Shown piece by piece: positions 26,125 through 34,903 of a stretch of DNA of 64,000 nucleotides. The notes under the pieces were generated by a model, which did no database searches, was not told where the DNA came from, and was given only the letters and a program-made list of their open reading frames with translations. Within the stretch, counting starts at the first letter, position 1, and each line of letters begins with the position of its first letter. A program made the translations under genes and the position numbers. The DNA lies in the NCBI GenBank assembly GCA_963837315.1, contig CAWINE010000017.1, forward strand, positions 342,549 to 406,548. The letters run 5' to 3'. This stretch comes from an uncultured Chloroflexia bacterium. GTDB taxonomy: Bacteria; Chloroflexota; Chloroflexia; QHBQ01; JADMIH01.

Positions 26125-28161
26125 GTGGTGGTTAGGCGCTGCTTTCAGAATGTGAGGGTAGGCATAAACGGGCAATTAGTGAGTGATGAGTTGGACCAGG
26201 ACCATTTACGTTTTACGTTTTACGTTTTACGTTTTCGTCGTCACAAGGTAGCTCTCGTCGCTCTTCTGGTCATCGGTGTCCTTTATCTCGCCGGCCTGGT
26301 GGTAATGCCGCCGGATGCGCTGACTCACCACGATACCGGGGCCAAGTATCTGCAGGTTCGCAACCTGCGCATCACGCCCTCCGGGCTCGATTATTCCATC
26401 AATTATCCGGCCCGCCCCCTCGACCCCAATCTGCAATACGTACCGTTTCGGGATAAGCAGTTCTATATCGACGGGCACGAACATATCTATCTCCAGTGGC
26501 CGATCTTCCTGGGGCTGCTCACGCGTATTCCATGGAAAGTGCTCGGCTTCTGGGGACTCTATCTGGTGCCATTACTGGCCGGGCTGGGGGCGTGCTGGGC
26601 CACTTACCTGCTGGCCATGGCGGTGGGAGTGCCGAAGCGACTGGCCTGGGTGGCGATACCTTTGCTGGGGTTTGCTACTCCGGTGGCGATCTATTCGCTC
26701 CTCTTCTTCGAGCATACGCTGGCCGACATGCTGGTGGCGCTCAGTCTGCTCTTTGCACTGCTGGCTATTCCTCTGGAAAATAATCCTGAGAAGACCCTTA
26801 GGGTCTTCTCAGGATTATTTTCCAACAATGATAAGCGGAGAATGGCCGCCAGCGCCGTGCTGCTGGCAGTGGCGATCTACTTCAGGTCTGAGCTATACGT
26901 GCTGGCGGCGGTGATCGGGCTGACGCTGGTTGTCATGGCCTGGAGGGCGGCAGCATGGCGGCGGCTCTTAGCAGCCTGGGCAGTCGCGTTTGTGCTGGCG
27001 CTGGTGCCACTCTGGTCCTTCTACATGATCAGCGACGGAACGCTCCTTCCGCTGCACGCTATCTGGTATTTCGCTGGAAGCGAAGGCGCGAGCTTGCCGG
27101 GCGAGCCTGTGCAGTTTCAGCTTCCTGCCCTCCGCTATATCGTGCAGGCGGGTTGGGGCACCGTGCCGGACTTCCTGTTCGGGCCGCAAAGTTTCCCCTC
27201 ATCTCCCATCTACCCATTGTGGGCCGGAGCGGTTGGTCTCATCGGGACGTTACTGTGCGGAGTGTCGGCGCTCTTGAGGCTGGCTCGCGGCACGCTCGGC
27301 TCTATCAGAGTGAGATTGGCCATCTTCGCAATTGGGCTTGCCGGTGTAACTCTGACATCAGCCTATATCCTGCTGATGCCCCAGTATTACCACAACCTGC
27401 ATGGCTTTCTGCTGGCAAGCCCGTTCGTGGCGTTGGCTCTCTGGCCGCCCACAATTATTACAACTCGTGATGGGCTGACACGGCAAGGCTTTCTCTACGT
27501 GGTCACGCTGCTGCACGTGGGGCTTCATGCCCTCGTTATCAGCTCGTTGAGCGGGCTTGGACCGATCAGCAGGAGCGAATGGGGGCAGCGCTACCTGCTT
27601 GCGGCCTACCCGGCCCTCGTTGTGCTGGCTTTGCTTGCTGCCTGGCGCATCTGGACCGAGTACCGGCCTATGCTCGACCTCAGGCGGGTGGCGGCGTTTT
27701 CACTATCGTTCGGGACTGTGCTGATGCTGGTGGGCTTCTTTTTCACCCTGCGAGGCTACGGCGCTCTCTACGACGAGCGGACGCAGGTGAAATCGTGGCT
27801 CACCCTCTCAGAGAGCTTGCCCGACCGCGAGCCTCTCGTGACGGACGAGTGGTGGCTCCCCCTGAACCTGGCGGCGGACTTCTATACGCGTCCGATCATG
27901 CTCGCCGTAGGCGATGACAAGCTAATGCACTGGGCCAGCGATATGCGCACCCTGGGCGTAATGCAGTTCGGCTTCATGACCGACAAGCCGGCGACATTCA
28001 CGAGCGCCTGGTTATCCCACGTCCCAGGCCTCCGCGCCGACGGCCCGCCCATGGAAGTGCGAGGTATCTGGATGCAGAAGTATACGTTCGCAGGGCCATC
28101 TTCCACAGGCTCAACGCCACCAATCCGTGTGCCCGATCCACTTAGCCCCAAGCAACACTAG
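26125..28161 (+). CDS. Large polytopic membrane protein, GT-C (ArnT/PMT-like) glycosyltransferase candidate
   Basis: 678 aa with more than 12 hydrophobic segments. The start is uncertain (GTG 26179 or TTG 26191 are also possible). Residues LRFTFYVLRFRR are encoded by an ACGTTTT heptamer array at 26205-26235. Confidence 0.6.
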   Translation: MVVRRCFQNVRVGINGQLVSDELDQDHLRFTFYVLRFRRHKVALVALLVIGVLYLAGLVVMPPDALTHHDTGAKYLQVRNLRITPSGLDYSINYPARPLDPNLQYVPFRDKQFYIDGHEHIYLQWPIFLGLLTRIPWKVLGFWGLYLVPLLAGLGACWATYLLAMAVGVPKRLAWVAIPLLGFATPVAIYSLLFFEHTLADMLVALSLLFALLAIPLENNPEKTLRVFSGLFSNNDKRRMAASAVLLAVAIYFRSELYVLAAVIGLTLVVMAWRAAAWRRLLAAWAVAFVLALVPLWSFYMISDGTLLPLHAIWYFAGSEGASLPGEPVQFQLPALRYIVQAGWGTVPDFLFGPQSFPSSPIYPLWAGAVGLIGTLLCGVSALLRLARGTLGSIRVRLAIFAIGLAGVTLTSAYILLMPQYYHNLHGFLLASPFVALALWPPTIITTRDGLTRQGFLYVVTLLHVGLHALVISSLSGLGPISRSEWGQRYLLAAYPALVVLALLAAWRIWTEYRPMLDLRRVAAFSLSFGTVLMLVGFFFTLRGYGALYDERTQVKSWLTLSESLPDREPLVTDEWWLPLNLAADFYTRPIMLAVGDDKLMHWASDMRTLGVMQFGFMTDKPATFTSAWLSHVPGLRADGPPMEVRGIWMQKYTFAGPSSTGSTPPIRVPDPLSPKQH

Positions 28162-28258
28162 TGCCGATTTCAGAGGTTCGTGTTGCGGGCTGCCACCCCC
28201 CTTTGCCTCAACGAATCGAAATAACAGGCTAAGTTATCGTGCCGGTTGCTTGATCACC

Positions 28259-28618
28259 TCAGCAAGCTTCGTAGCCATCATATTCAGGCATCACCAAAAA
28301 CGTCCCATCCGCCTCTCGCAACGCAACCCTCTTGCCCACAATCGCGTCGCGGTTGAGAGGGCCATAGATATGCGGGTAGATATGGCCGGGGTCTTCGTAC
28401 TTGATAGGGCTTTTCACCCGCTCGGTGTCGATGTCTAGAAGGTAGAAGTCGCGCGGGTCTTCTCGGTAATGGCGATTGCCCGTTGCAGCCATATTCTCGG
28501 CCCCGTCGGTGCAATGGATGAAGCCATCCTGCTCGAAATGCGGAGGGAGATAGTCGGCGCTAGGGTCGAGGCTATCGAAGTAAGGGACGGGGGAATAGTG
28601 GAGGGTGTATCGTGGCAT
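28259..28618 (-). CDS. DUF952-family protein
   Basis: FEQDGFIHCTDG...IYPHIYGPLNRDAIV. Confidence 0.75.
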   Translation of the reverse strand: MPRYTLHYSPVPYFDSLDPSADYLPPHFEQDGFIHCTDGAENMAATGNRHYREDPRDFYLLDIDTERVKSPIKYEDPGHIYPHIYGPLNRDAIVGKRVALREADGTFLVMPEYDGYEAC

Positions 28619-28620
28619 GG

Positions 28621-28692
28621 CTGATATTGCTTACTGCTTACTGCTTATTCCTTCAAAAATCTTGGCGACCTTTGCGTCTTGGCGGTTAAGAA
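28621..28692. repeat. Repeat fragment: TGCTTAC units plus CTTGGCG module
   Basis: gctgatattgcttactgcttactgcttatt...aatcttggcgacctttgcgtcttggcggttaag. Confidence 0.7.
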
Positions 28693-28704
28693 GCTCGCTC
28701 GTCA

Positions 28705-29373
28705 TTAGTCGGTCGCCGGTCGTCGCTCGGCTATTATCTCAAGTGTCTTCTGCAAGATGGTGGCGGCGACCATGCCTATTGCCAGCCTGCCGTCAATGGT
28801 GATGATGCAGTCGCCGGACTGGCGATCCTGCTCGATGAGCTCCAGGTAGTTGGCGTAGATGGGGGCGAGGCGCTCTTCGGTCTCGTACATCTCGATATAG
28901 CCGCCCCTTGATTTGATGCGCTGCTGGCTCACGTCGGGCGGTACATCAATGAAGAAGGTGATGTCGGGCGCGATAGAGCGCTTATTGAGGGCGCGCACCC
29001 ACTCCTGGCCCAGGTTGAGGCCCTGGTACGCATACGATGAAAGGCGGTAGCGGTCGCATACTACATTGATGCCTGCTTCCAGGCGCGGCACAATATCCGC
29101 ACGAATATGGTCGAGACGGTCGGCGGCATAGAGTAGGGCCATCACATCGTCGCCCACCTGGCGGTCAGGGGGATAAACCAGCCTGTGGGTGAGGGCCTGG
29201 CGAACAATCGAGCCGATAGGCCCGTTGGTAGGCTCCTTGGTGGCTATAGCCTTGATATCGTGCTGTACAAGCCCTGAGTGGAGCAGCGCCGTTTGTGTGC
29301 TGATGCCCGCTCCATCCGGCCCCTCAAGCACGATGAATAATCCACGCTTTACCGGAGCACCTGCACCTGCCAT
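28705..29373 (-). CDS. tmk: Thymidylate (dTMP) kinase
   Basis: FIVLEGPDGAGISTQ P-loop, DRYRLSSYAYQG. Confidence 0.9.
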   Translation of the reverse strand: MAGAGAPVKRGLFIVLEGPDGAGISTQTALLHSGLVQHDIKAIATKEPTNGPIGSIVRQALTHRLVYPPDRQVGDDVMALLYAADRLDHIRADIVPRLEAGINVVCDRYRLSSYAYQGLNLGQEWVRALNKRSIAPDITFFIDVPPDVSQQRIKSRGGYIEMYETEERLAPIYANYLELIEQDRQSGDCIITIDGRLAIGMVAATILQKTLEIIAERRPATD

Positions 29374-29413
29374 GGCGAACCCCCTTGTGGGATTATAGCT
29401 AAACGGATGCGAA

Positions 29414-29560
29414 AAGCCAAGACGACGGTTGTCAGTTGTCGGTTGTCAGTTGTCAGTTGACCGGAGCTATCAGCTATCAGCTATCAGCCGGCCTTCGCTC
29501 TTCGTCCATCGTCCGTCGTCCGTCTACTGACAACTGACAACTGACAACTGACAACTACGT
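29414..29560. repeat. Short form of the mosaic element (outer arms only, with CAGCTAT units in the centre)
   Basis: gccaagacgacg, gttgtca x4, gagctatcagctatcagctatcagcc, cttcgtccatcgtccgtcgtccgtctactgacaa, ctgacaa x4. Confidence 0.9.
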
Positions 29561-29628
29561 CCCATTTGCTCCTAACGCCGTACTGCTTTATACTTCACTA
29601 CAGGTGGATTATTGTAGAGGGGTGGCTG

Positions 29629-30369
29629 TTGCGCCGGGTGCGGATACTTGGAGTGGGAATAGACAACTGTGATGAGGCGGGGGCGGTGGAGGCTATCGAA
29701 GCTTTCCTGCGCGAGCAACCGGCCCGTGTGCACCAGGTGTGTACGGTCAACCCGGAGTTCGTGATGGAGGCCCGTCGCAATCCGCTCTTCCGGCGATTGC
29801 TGAATACCGCCGACCTGGCAACACCCGATGGTGCGGGTATTATTGCCGCGGGAAAGCTGCTACGCAGACCATTCAAGGGTAGAGCCACGGGCGTTGCGCT
29901 GGTGGGCCATCTGGCCGCAATCTCGGCCCGCGAGGGCTACGCACTCTTCCTGCTGGGGGCCGCGCCAGGCGTGGCGCATGAGGCCGCTCGCGTGCTGGCC
30001 CGGCGTCACCCCGGAGTGAAGATCGTTGGCACATACGCCGGCTCGCCACGCGACGAGGATTGGCCCGACATTCTGGAGAGATTGCAAGCTGCACGGCCTG
30101 ACATACTGCTGGTGGCTTACGGTGCTCCCAGGCAGGACCTGTGGATCGATGCCCACAAAGGCGAACTGCCGGACAGCATAAAGCTGGCGATGGGTGTAGG
30201 CGGTGTATTCGACTATCTATCAGGGCGAGCGCCTCTGGCACCGCCCCTCGTGCGCCGGGTGGGACTTGAATGGCTCTACCGGCTGGTAACGCAACCCTGG
30301 CGCTGGAGACGCATTCTACGTGTATTCGCCTTCGGCGCGCTAGTATTGAGGCAGGCGATGGGACGGTAG
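29629..30369 (+). CDS. WecB/TagA/CpsF-family glycosyltransferase
   Basis: ILGVGIDNCDEAGAVEAIEAFL..VCTVNPEFVMEA..ADLATPDGAGII..GAPRQDLWI. TTG 29629 after GAGGGG is preferred over ORF-track 29566. Confidence 0.85.
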   Translation: MRRVRILGVGIDNCDEAGAVEAIEAFLREQPARVHQVCTVNPEFVMEARRNPLFRRLLNTADLATPDGAGIIAAGKLLRRPFKGRATGVALVGHLAAISAREGYALFLLGAAPGVAHEAARVLARRHPGVKIVGTYAGSPRDEDWPDILERLQAARPDILLVAYGAPRQDLWIDAHKGELPDSIKLAMGVGGVFDYLSGRAPLAPPLVRRVGLEWLYRLVTQPWRWRRILRVFAFGALVLRQAMGR

Positions 30370-30379
30370 TTTGGACCGA

Positions 30380-30747
30380 GTTGTCAGTTGTCAGCAGACG
30401 GGCGATGGACGATGGACGACCGTCAGTGTAAAACGTAAGAGGTAAAACGTGAAACGTAACCGCCAAGACGCCAAGTTCCGCCAAGGGCCGCCAAGGTTTC
30501 TATCGTTTTAACCATAATAACCTCTGTGATCTCTGTGTTCTCCGTGCGCTCTGTGATTTAAACCCATAATAACCTTCGTGGTCTTCGTGACCTTCGTGAT
30601 CTTCGTGTTAAAACCCATAGAAACCTTCGTGATCTTTGTGTCTTTGTGGTTCAAACCGTAAAAACCTTGGCGTCTTGGCGTTGAAAAATACCGTCGCCGG
30701 TCGTCTACTGACAATAGTTCGCTTCGCTCATCAACTGACAACTGACA
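30380..30747. repeat. Mosaic intergenic element, full-length reference copy
   Basis: All modules are present in order, from GTTGTCA x2 to CTGACAA x2 (see the first finding). It fills the whole gap between two genes. Confidence 0.9.
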
Positions 30748-30756
30748 TAGGAACCA

Positions 30757-31329
30757 ATGACAAGAACAGATTTTAGCCAATACGATCCGGAAATACCGAT
30801 GTATTGCGCGAACCACCCGGATACACAAACGTTCTTGCGCTGCGGCAAGTGCGAGAAGCCTATCTGTGCGCGGTGCCGGGTGAGTACGCCTGTGGGCTTC
30901 CGCTGCTACGATTGTGCCAACATGCAGGTAGTGCCCACTTACGCGGTCAGTGCCGATTACTACCTCAAGGCCGCCCTCATGGGTGGGGTGGCTGCCGCGA
31001 TTATAGGCGCGCTGATGGGCATCTTCCCGGGGTTCGAGTTCTGGGCTGCGCTCATTATGGGCATAGCGGTGCCTGAGGCGGTTGCGGCGGCAGCCAACCA
31101 GAAGCGTGGGCCGGGCCTGCGAGCAGTAGCAATAGGTGCTATCATTTTCGGTTTTGTACTGAGCCGTGTGGTGCTGAACGCCTTTCCCGGTCTGCTGTTG
31201 CTCGGAGGCATAAACTACCCGTCGCCGGGAGGTATCTCCTGGCTTGATCACCTGCCTATCTACGTAACCCAGTACACCATTCTATGGCTGGCAATGGCCA
31301 TTTTGCTTGCCTACCAGCGGCTTCGATAA
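30757..31329 (+). CDS. Membrane protein with N-terminal B-box-like zinc ribbon
   Basis: CANHPDTQTFLRCGKCEKPICARCRVSTPVGFRCYDC, followed by 4-5 TM segments. Confidence 0.7.
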   Translation: MTRTDFSQYDPEIPMYCANHPDTQTFLRCGKCEKPICARCRVSTPVGFRCYDCANMQVVPTYAVSADYYLKAALMGGVAAAIIGALMGIFPGFEFWAALIMGIAVPEAVAAAANQKRGPGLRAVAIGAIIFGFVLSRVVLNAFPGLLLLGGINYPSPGGISWLDHLPIYVTQYTILWLAMAILLAYQRLR

Positions 31330-31349
31330 TGCGAAGTGCGGAGTGAGTG

Positions 31350-32372
31350 ATGGAGAGCGTAAGCCGGTATTCGGATAGCGAGGAAGAGCAGAGGCTCACA
31401 GCCATCATGGCGCGCTTCTGCAGCGTGTCTGTGCTTGTAGTGGGCGACCTCGTGCTGGATAAGTACACGGTGGGCAAGCCTGTGCGCATCTCGCGGGAAG
31501 CGCCTATCCCGATCCTTGAGTTCACACGCGAATATGCTCTGCCTGGCGGCGGCACCAGCCCGGCTTGCACCGTAGCCTCCCTGGGCGGGCGCTCGTACCT
31601 GACCGGCGTGGTCGGTGTGGACGATGCGGCACACGAGCTGCTTCTGGAGCTTGCCGGCTACGGCGTGGACACAGGCGGCGTGGTGGCCGACCCGTCGAGG
31701 CCGACCATAGCCAAGAGGCGTATCGTGGCGCAGGTGACGTCCACTATTTACCAGCAGGTGGCGCGGGTGGACCATATCGACAGGCGGCCTGTGACCGAAA
31801 GTGTGGAGAGAGCGTTGATCGCCTCTATCGAGGATAGGCTGCCTCATTGTGACGCTGTGCTGCTGAGTAATTACCAGAGCGGCACGCTCACCCCGGCGCT
31901 GGTCGAGCAGACGCGCTTGCTGGCGTCGCGGCTCGGCAAGATTTCGACGGTCGACTCGCAGGGTGACCTGGCGCTTTTTCATGGCTTCGACATCGTGAAG
32001 TGCAACCAACCCGAAGCCGAGGATGCCCTGCGCAGGCCCCTCAGGAACGAGGCCGACTTCGAGGAGGGCCTGGTCCAACTCCTCAGCGAACTGAAAGCGA
32101 AAGCTGTAATCGTGACGCGCAGCGCCGAGGGGATGTCGGTAGCTACGCGTGATGGCGACTACGCGCATATCCCCGTCACCAACACCTCAGAAGTGTTCGA
32201 CGTGACAGGCGCGGGCGATACCGTGATCGCGCTGGTAACGCTAGGCCTGGCTGCCGGGGCCGACCTGTTCGATGCGGCCCGCCTGGCCAACTACGGCGCG
32301 GGCGTGGTGGTCCGCAAGTGGGGCAACGCTGTCCTCAAGCCCGATGAATTGCAGGCGGCGCTGAGTAGATGA
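31350..32372 (+). CDS. PfkB-family sugar kinase, RfaE/HldE domain-I-like (heptose-7-phosphate kinase type)
   Basis: VLVVGDLVLDKYTVGKPVRISREAPIPILEF...DVTGAGDTVIA. Confidence 0.8.
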   Translation: MESVSRYSDSEEEQRLTAIMARFCSVSVLVVGDLVLDKYTVGKPVRISREAPIPILEFTREYALPGGGTSPACTVASLGGRSYLTGVVGVDDAAHELLLELAGYGVDTGGVVADPSRPTIAKRRIVAQVTSTIYQQVARVDHIDRRPVTESVERALIASIEDRLPHCDAVLLSNYQSGTLTPALVEQTRLLASRLGKISTVDSQGDLALFHGFDIVKCNQPEAEDALRRPLRNEADFEEGLVQLLSELKAKAVIVTRSAEGMSVATRDGDYAHIPVTNTSEVFDVTGAGDTVIALVTLGLAAGADLFDAARLANYGAGVVVRKWGNAVLKPDELQAALSR

Positions 32373-32382
32373 GGCTGACGGA

Positions 32383-32665
32383 GTTGTCAGTTGTCAGTTG
32401 ACCGGCGACCGAGGACGAAACGTAAAACGTAAAACGTAAGACGTAACCGCCAAGACGCAAGAACCTCTAAGGTCGCCAAGGCTTCTATGTGTTCTAGACC
32501 AACAAATCCTCTGTGATCTCTGTGGTCTGTGTAATTCAACCATAATAACTTCGTGATCTTCGTGATCTTCGTGATCTTCGTGATTAAAAAGCCGATAGCT
32601 GATAACTACCGTCTACTGACAAATAGTGCGCTTCGCTCATCAACTGACAACCTGGTCCGACAACT
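32383..32665. repeat. Mosaic intergenic element, intermediate-length copy
   Basis: gttgtca x2, cgtaaaa x3, ccgccaagacg, ctctgtgatctctgtgg, cttcgtgat x4, ccgtctactgacaaatagtgcgcttcgctcatcaactgacaac. Confidence 0.9.
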
Positions 32666-32674
32666 GGAGCAAAC

Positions 32675-33862
32675 GTGAATAGAAACGGCAATCGCAAGCT
32701 TGGGATCCTTTACTCTCTTTTCGCATGGACGCTACTTGTGCTGCTGGCGGCGTGCGATGGCTCCGGGGCTGCTCTGTCCAACGTGACGGGCTCTACAAAC
32801 AGCATCGTGCCGGGGTCCACAGGCATCGGCAAGCCTGCGGGAGTGGTCGAGGTGCATTATACGCTCGGCTCGAAACAGTCTGTGACGGCCATGCTCGACG
32901 GCCCTGTAAAGGCTACCCTCTTTTCGGGAGATCAAGCGGCAGGGGACCACCTGTTGCGCTTCAACGGCGTGATTAACACGAGCGAGCCGTCAGGCGATAC
33001 ACAGGTAGTTCGCAGGGTGGTGCCCGCTGGCGATTACAAGATCATCGTGCAAGCCGGGGGTATCCAGGGGAGTGCGAGCTTCAACGTGAGCCAATCCAAG
33101 CAGGACGTCCCGGCTATACAAAGTGTGGTGGTACACCCTGACACCATCTCGCCCAACGGCGATGCGGTCGACGACGTAGCCGAGGCCACCTTCCGCACAA
33201 CCCAGACCGCCACTCTGCGGCTGGACCTGTACGACAAGACGGGCAACAAGACGCCTGTGCTTGCGCCCATCAAGAAGGGGCCGGGCGAGCAAAATGTGGT
33301 GATAAACGGTCAGGACGAGCTGGGCAATCCGCTGCCTGATGGCGTTTATACGGCCACGGTCCAGGCTACCGACGACGTGGGCAATCGGATAGAGGCGACC
33401 AGGCCCATCACCATAGAAGGCGGGGGCAAGCCCGATATATCGATATTGAGCGTAGACTTCGCTCCAACTCAGATCATCGAAGGCGACACAATAAGCGTGA
33501 CCATCAAAGTGAAAAACACGGGCAAAGTACCGCTAAGGACGCAAGGCCCGGACCCCGGCTACACCTACACGACCAACGATACATATGCCTCCATCGCGAA
33601 CGGCCAGTTTACCGACAAAGCGGGCCTCTGGCGTGCTGGAGTAGATTGGGATGGTAATAGTGGAGGTGGCGGGGCATATCGCTATCCCTTCCGCTGGGGC
33701 TTCGGCCATACCCTCGTGCCCGGCGAGGAGGCCGTAACGGGCGGGACGATACGCATCCTCAAGCAGGAGCGCACCATGTGGTTCTATGGGGGAGTGCTCC
33801 AGGAAGGAGTGCGCATAGTGCTCGATCGCCTGGGCCGCACGCAGATCAACGTGAGCTTCTAA
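32675..33862 (+). CDS. Lipoprotein with FlgD-Ig/CARDB-like beta-sandwich domains
   Basis: Lipobox LLAAC. ISPNGDAVDDVAEATFRTTQTATLRLDLYDKTG... GTG start. Confidence 0.65.
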   Translation: MNRNGNRKLGILYSLFAWTLLVLLAACDGSGAALSNVTGSTNSIVPGSTGIGKPAGVVEVHYTLGSKQSVTAMLDGPVKATLFSGDQAAGDHLLRFNGVINTSEPSGDTQVVRRVVPAGDYKIIVQAGGIQGSASFNVSQSKQDVPAIQSVVVHPDTISPNGDAVDDVAEATFRTTQTATLRLDLYDKTGNKTPVLAPIKKGPGEQNVVINGQDELGNPLPDGVYTATVQATDDVGNRIEATRPITIEGGGKPDISILSVDFAPTQIIEGDTISVTIKVKNTGKVPLRTQGPDPGYTYTTNDTYASIANGQFTDKAGLWRAGVDWDGNSGGGGAYRYPFRWGFGHTLVPGEEAVTGGTIRILKQERTMWFYGGVLQEGVRIVLDRLGRTQINVSF

Positions 33863-33864
33863 AG

Positions 33865-33924
33865 TTAGCTATGGAAGAGAAATGAGGTCGCCTTAAGGCG
33901 ACCTCATTTCTCTTCCATAGCTAA
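33865..33924. terminator. 60-nt perfect palindrome between convergent genes
   Basis: ttagctatggaagagaaatgaggtcgcc-ttaa-ggcgacctcatttctcttccatagctaa. Confidence 0.8.
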
Positions 33925-33929
33925 GAGTG

Positions 33930-34539
33930 TTAATTTCTGCCGGGGCGGTGGAGGAGCCGATCGCTGAGCCAAAGCGCGGCCAGGCAGAGCACGAGCGAGC
34001 CGACTATGCCTACTATCCAGGCTGCGCCCACCAACTGGGTAAGCCGAGATTCACGGTCTTCTACCTCGCGCAGGGAGCGGCCCGCGAGCACAAAGCCTGG
34101 GCTGGCTTCCCCCGAATTGCGTCACGATCGCGGCTTCTCGCACTCCCTCCTGGGGCTGCCAGGTCAGCCTGTCCTCTCCTGATGCTCGCACCGAGTTGAA
34201 CACTCCCGGCGGTATATCGGGCACCGCTCCGTTCAACTGAGCGGAGGAGGCCAGCACATGGCCTGTCGCGTCGTAGACTATCAGGAAGGGAGCCAGGCTG
34301 CGCGACATGTCCACCTTGCCACTCCCCACTACCGTCTGTGCTTGCGCGCCATCTTGCAACTGAACTGCAGCATCCTCGGCCATCTGAATTTGGGGATCGT
34401 TTGCCCCTTGCCTGAAGTTTTGCTGCACGGCCGTATAAACCAGGCCCGCCAGCACAGTCAAGCAGAAGGCCAGCGGCAGCCAGTAAAGGAATGTACGCGG
34501 CAGCAGATTGGTGCCGCCGGATGTTCTAATGTCGGACAT
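33930..34539 (-). pseudogene. Bitopic membrane protein of unknown function, frameshift at a homopolymer
   Basis: ORF 34051-34539 ends early. With G6 instead of G5 (C5 on the plus strand) near 34095 it continues as ...TQFGGEASPGFVLAGRSLREVEDRESRLTQLVGAAWIVGIVGSLVLCLAALWLSDRLLHRPGRN, with its stop at 33930-33932. Confidence 0.6.
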
Positions 34540-34682
34540 AGAGTTAGGCGCCTCCTATGGACATACTTATATGCACCCATATTCTAATGCATAAGCTTGA
34601 CAGAAAAGATAGTTTGAGGGTTTGTGAATCTGCACCTGAGTGCTTGACCATGAGGCCGATGGCAAGCGTGATGTAGGGGCAG

Positions 34683-34763
34683 ACCCACGTGTCTGCCCTG
34701 GTCGGGTAGAGATTCTGCGCCCCACGAGGGCAGACACGTGGGTCTGCCCCTACCCCCTTTCTT
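34683..34763. repeat. Second copy of the CACGTG palindromic element
   Basis: gtaggggcagacccacgtgtctgccct - 27 nt - agggcagacacgtgggtctgcccctac. Confidence 0.9.
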
Positions 34764-34903
34764 CTGTATCCAACTCTGAACTGTTTCGGCCCGTGGTACA
34801 ATTGTCGCAGGCGTATTCGCTCGCAAATGACATGCAGGGCGACCTTCATAGCGGACCGTCTATCGTTGAACACAGCGCACATTTCGTTTGGAAAGAGGCA
34901 AAA

